Position numbers and translations under genes: made by a program. Below, in pieces: positions 6,571 through 8,233 of a DNA stretch of 8,233 nt. How positions within the stretch are numbered: position 1 is the first letter of the stretch; each line of letters opens with the position of its first letter. The stretch spans positions 1 through 8,233 of the forward strand of contig JBAWVI010000042.1 in assembly GCA_037147375.1 (NCBI GenBank). The letters are read 5' to 3'. Source of the DNA: an archaeon. Its GTDB lineage: Archaea; Iainarchaeota; Iainarchaeia; Iainarchaeales; CSSED10-239. Below the pieces are notes generated by a model. The model was given only the letters and a program-made list of their open reading frames with translations, was not told where the DNA came from and did no database searches.

Positions 6571-6612
6571 ATTAGTAAAGTCCACAAAATAGGAAAAGTA
6601 GACTTTAGTAAT
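6571..6612. other. Inverted repeat, 12-nt arms with 1 mismatch and an 18-nt spacer, function unknown
   Basis: attagtaaagtc (6571-6582) and gactttagtaat (6601-6612) are reverse complements except for one central position. Confidence 0.4.
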
Positions 6613-6826
6613 TACCACTATTAACCTAACTTAAACTAAAAAAGCAAATAATTGAAGGTTAAAAGCGTGCATAGAAATCTCGTAAAGAACTCTGCTTAAT
6701 AATATAATACTCAAAAAAATACAAATACCTCTATTTTTAATTAAATTTGGGTAATATAAAATGATGTGAATGTAAAATGTGTACTTCAAATGCATAAATT
6801 CTAATTTTTTGTGCATTAACTTATGC

Positions 6827-6862
6827 TTGGGGTGACAAAGCTGATTTTAATTGTTACCCCAA
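6827..6862. other. Stem-loop with a GC-containing 12-bp stem and 12-nt loop, function unknown
   Basis: ttggggtgacaa (6827-6838) pairs with ttgttaccccaa (6851-6862), giving 11 Watson-Crick pairs plus one G-T/U wobble. It stands out in otherwise very AT-rich spacer. Confidence 0.5.
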
Positions 6863-6959
6863 CTTCTTAAAAGTTAACGATATATCATATACTTTTAATA
6901 TAAGTTTTATTTATAGTTAAACTATCCCTTTTCCTTTATTTCAGTGGTTTAAGATATAT

Positions 6960-7003
6960 TTTTAAACTTTTCGATGCAACCTATTAATAACAGATGTGTT
7001 ATT
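6960..7003 (+). promoter_or_regulatory. Candidate promoter/operator of the right AbiE operon: TATA-like TTTTAAAC plus 7-4-7 palindrome
   Basis: TTTTAAAC (6960-6967) ends 26 nt before ATG 6994. AATAACA-GATG-TGTTATT (6986-7003) is a perfect 7-bp inverted repeat with a 4-nt spacer, overlapping ATG 6994 and ending 12 nt before ATG 7016. Confidence 0.4.
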
Positions 7004-7572
7004 GTGGTGTCGCTATGAATTTGTACGAGATTAAAGAAAAAGTAATTGAATCTAAAAAAGCTGTATTTTCAACAATTCAATTATCTAAGCTTATTTCAAA
7101 ATCAACAGCAATAACTAATGTATATATTTCAAGATTAGTTAAAAAGAAACTTGCTAAAAGAATACATGGTAAAGTTATATTTACGTATGATGATAATGTG
7201 ATTGCAACACAATTTATGGAACCAGCATATGTGTCTTTATCCTCTGCACTTTTTTTTCACCAAGTAATTAACCAAGTTCCAACAACTACTTTATGTGTTA
7301 CTACTGTACACAACAGATACTACAAGGATATGCAATTAAAATATCAAGAGATAACTCCAAAATTATTTTTTGGATTTAAAAAATACAGTTTAGATAATAG
7401 TTATGCATATATTGCGGATCCAGAAAAAGCAATATTAGATGGTATTTATTATAAAATATATACTAAAGAAATAATTAAAAAATATAAACCTAAATTAAAT
7501 TGGATTCTTGTAAAAAAATATAGTAAATCATATCCTGAAAGAGTAAAGAAGGTAATTAAAGATGTTGACTAA
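6994..7572 (+). CDS. AbiEi-like antitoxin / winged-HTH regulator partner of the downstream DUF1814 toxin (alternative start ATG 7016)
   Basis: It sits upstream of, and overlaps by 11 nt, a DUF1814 toxin gene. The N-terminus looks wHTH-like (FSTIQLSKLISKSTAITNVYISRLVKKKLAKRIHGKVIF). It shares motifs with the 5626..6300 product (PAYVSLSSA; FFGFKK; IADPEKAILDGIY). ATG 7016 (MNLYEIKEK...) is preceded by GGTG 7 nt upstream and aligns better with the paralogue's N-terminus. ATG 6994 fits a leaderless model. The stop is TAA 7570-7572. Confidence 0.7.
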   Translation: MCYCGVAMNLYEIKEKVIESKKAVFSTIQLSKLISKSTAITNVYISRLVKKKLAKRIHGKVIFTYDDNVIATQFMEPAYVSLSSALFFHQVINQVPTTTLCVTTVHNRYYKDMQLKYQEITPKLFFGFKKYSLDNSYAYIADPEKAILDGIYYKIYTKEIIKKYKPKLNWILVKKYSKSYPERVKKVIKDVD

Positions 7573-8233
7573 GAAAGAAATAATTGAAATTGCATCAATA
7601 AGGCACATAAAACCATACCAACAAGAAAAGCATTACATTCAAACAATAATCTTAATTGCACTTTCTGATTATCCACTAGTTTTCAAAGGAGGTACCTATT
7701 TATGGTTTTTTCATAATTTAGATAGGTATTCAACAGATTTAGATTTCACTTATGATTTTGCTATGAAAGGTGCAGAAACTACATCTAAACAAGAATTTGC
7801 AAATAAAATTTTATTAACCTTAAAAAATAAACTATTAGAACTAGCTGGAATTGAATGTACTTGTAAAATAACAAATCTTTGGGAAGATATTGGATTTTCA
7901 ATAAAGGTTAGTGCTGTTGGTCCATTACATATTAATGAGAAAAGCATATGCTATGTGGATATAGATGTTAGTTTTAGAGAAAAAGTATTATTAGAACCAA
8001 ACCCATATATGTTAGATCATCCAACATATAAATTACCAAGTAGAGTGGTTAGGGGTATGGATATAAATGAAATTTTTGCTGAAAAAATTAGAGCAGTGAT
8101 TACAAGAGATAGTGCAAGAGATGTTTATGACTTATGGTATTTAATAAATAAGAAAGATTTACATATAAATCAAGAAATACAAAATATGATAACTGAGAAG
8201 TTAAAATATTATAAACTAGAATGGAACTTTGAA
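7562..8233 (+). CDS. abiEii: AbiEii/AbiGii-family nucleotidyltransferase toxin (DUF1814), 3'-truncated by the window edge; absent from the supplied ORF track
   Basis: I translated it by eye from ATG 7562 and found 224 sense codons with no stop to nt 8233: MLTKKEIIEIASIRHIKPYQQEKHYIQ...PLVFKGGTYLWFFHNLDRYSTDLDF...YVDIDVSF...IFAEKIRAVITRDSARDVYDLWYLINKK... These are the same three family motifs as the 4889..5629 product. GAAGG lies about 10 nt upstream. Confidence 0.85.
   Translation, partial: MLTKKEIIEIASIRHIKPYQQEKHYIQTIILIALSDYPLVFKGGTYLWFFHNLDRYSTDLDFTYDFAMKGAETTSKQEFANKILLTLKNKLLELAGIECTCKITNLWEDIGFSIKVSAVGPLHINEKSICYVDIDVSFREKVLLEPNPYMLDHPTYKLPSRVVRGMDINEIFAEKIRAVITRDSARDVYDLWYLINKKDLHINQEIQNMITEKLKYYKLEWNFE

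Noticed and set aside
6631-6816. Minus-strand 61-aa ORF in the divergent spacer (hydrophobic, could be imagined as a small membrane peptide or type I toxin)
   Set aside because: It has no SD or promoter-like context and no recognisable motif. One stop-free stretch of about 60 codons is within what chance allows across six frames of a 700-nt spacer. Its hydrophobicity follows from T-rich codons. It is kept only as a very weak possibility.
6454-6862. CRISPR array, tRNA or archaeal C/D-box sRNA in the spacer
   Set aside because: The hairpins are all different sequences with no regular repeat-spacer periodicity, and no cloverleaf can be drawn. The C-box-like strings (ATGATGT at 6761-6767, GATGATA near 6517-6523) deviate from RUGAUGA at the critical GA. 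They also lack a correctly spaced CUGA partner.
7750-7947. Minus-strand ORF 7750..7947 (65 aa)
   Set aside because: It is antisense to the right-hand AbiEii toxin ORF (7562 to beyond 8233), which has clear family motifs.

Overview
This is a low-GC (roughly 30%) prokaryotic window; the lineage cannot be assigned from sequence alone. Leaderless-looking first genes plus GGAGG-led internal genes fit an archaeal (DPANN-like) or similar small-genome organism. It contains four blocks. (1) The 3' 3.7 kb of a giant secreted or surface mosaic gene, open at the left edge. The TTG 'start' at 507 is an artefact, because the frame is open from nt 3. Its modules are Cys-containing tandem repeats, a divergent InlB B-repeat, a fibrinogen-like YCDM..GGGWT domain, LamG, a polyglycine domain, two InlB/Flg_new B-repeats and an ALK/LTK-type Gly_rich domain. 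(2) A convergent cysteine-synthase-family (PLP, CysK/CysM-like) gene. Its catalytic motifs are intact, but its conserved N-terminal 77 codons have no ATG/GTG/TTG start. They are preceded by ATG-GTA-GTA-AAT-TAG and by a GGAGG-led 22-codon ORF in another frame. (3) Two mutually divergent AbiE-type toxin-antitoxin modules (wHTH antitoxin plus DUF1814/AbiEii nucleotidyltransferase) lie head-to-head. The right-hand toxin (7562 to beyond 8233) runs off the window and is missing from the ORF track. (4) A 693-nt divergent intergenic region between them holds two similarly built candidate promoter/operator units and several strong stem-loops of unknown function. I found no rRNA, tRNA, CRISPR array, transposase or integrase.
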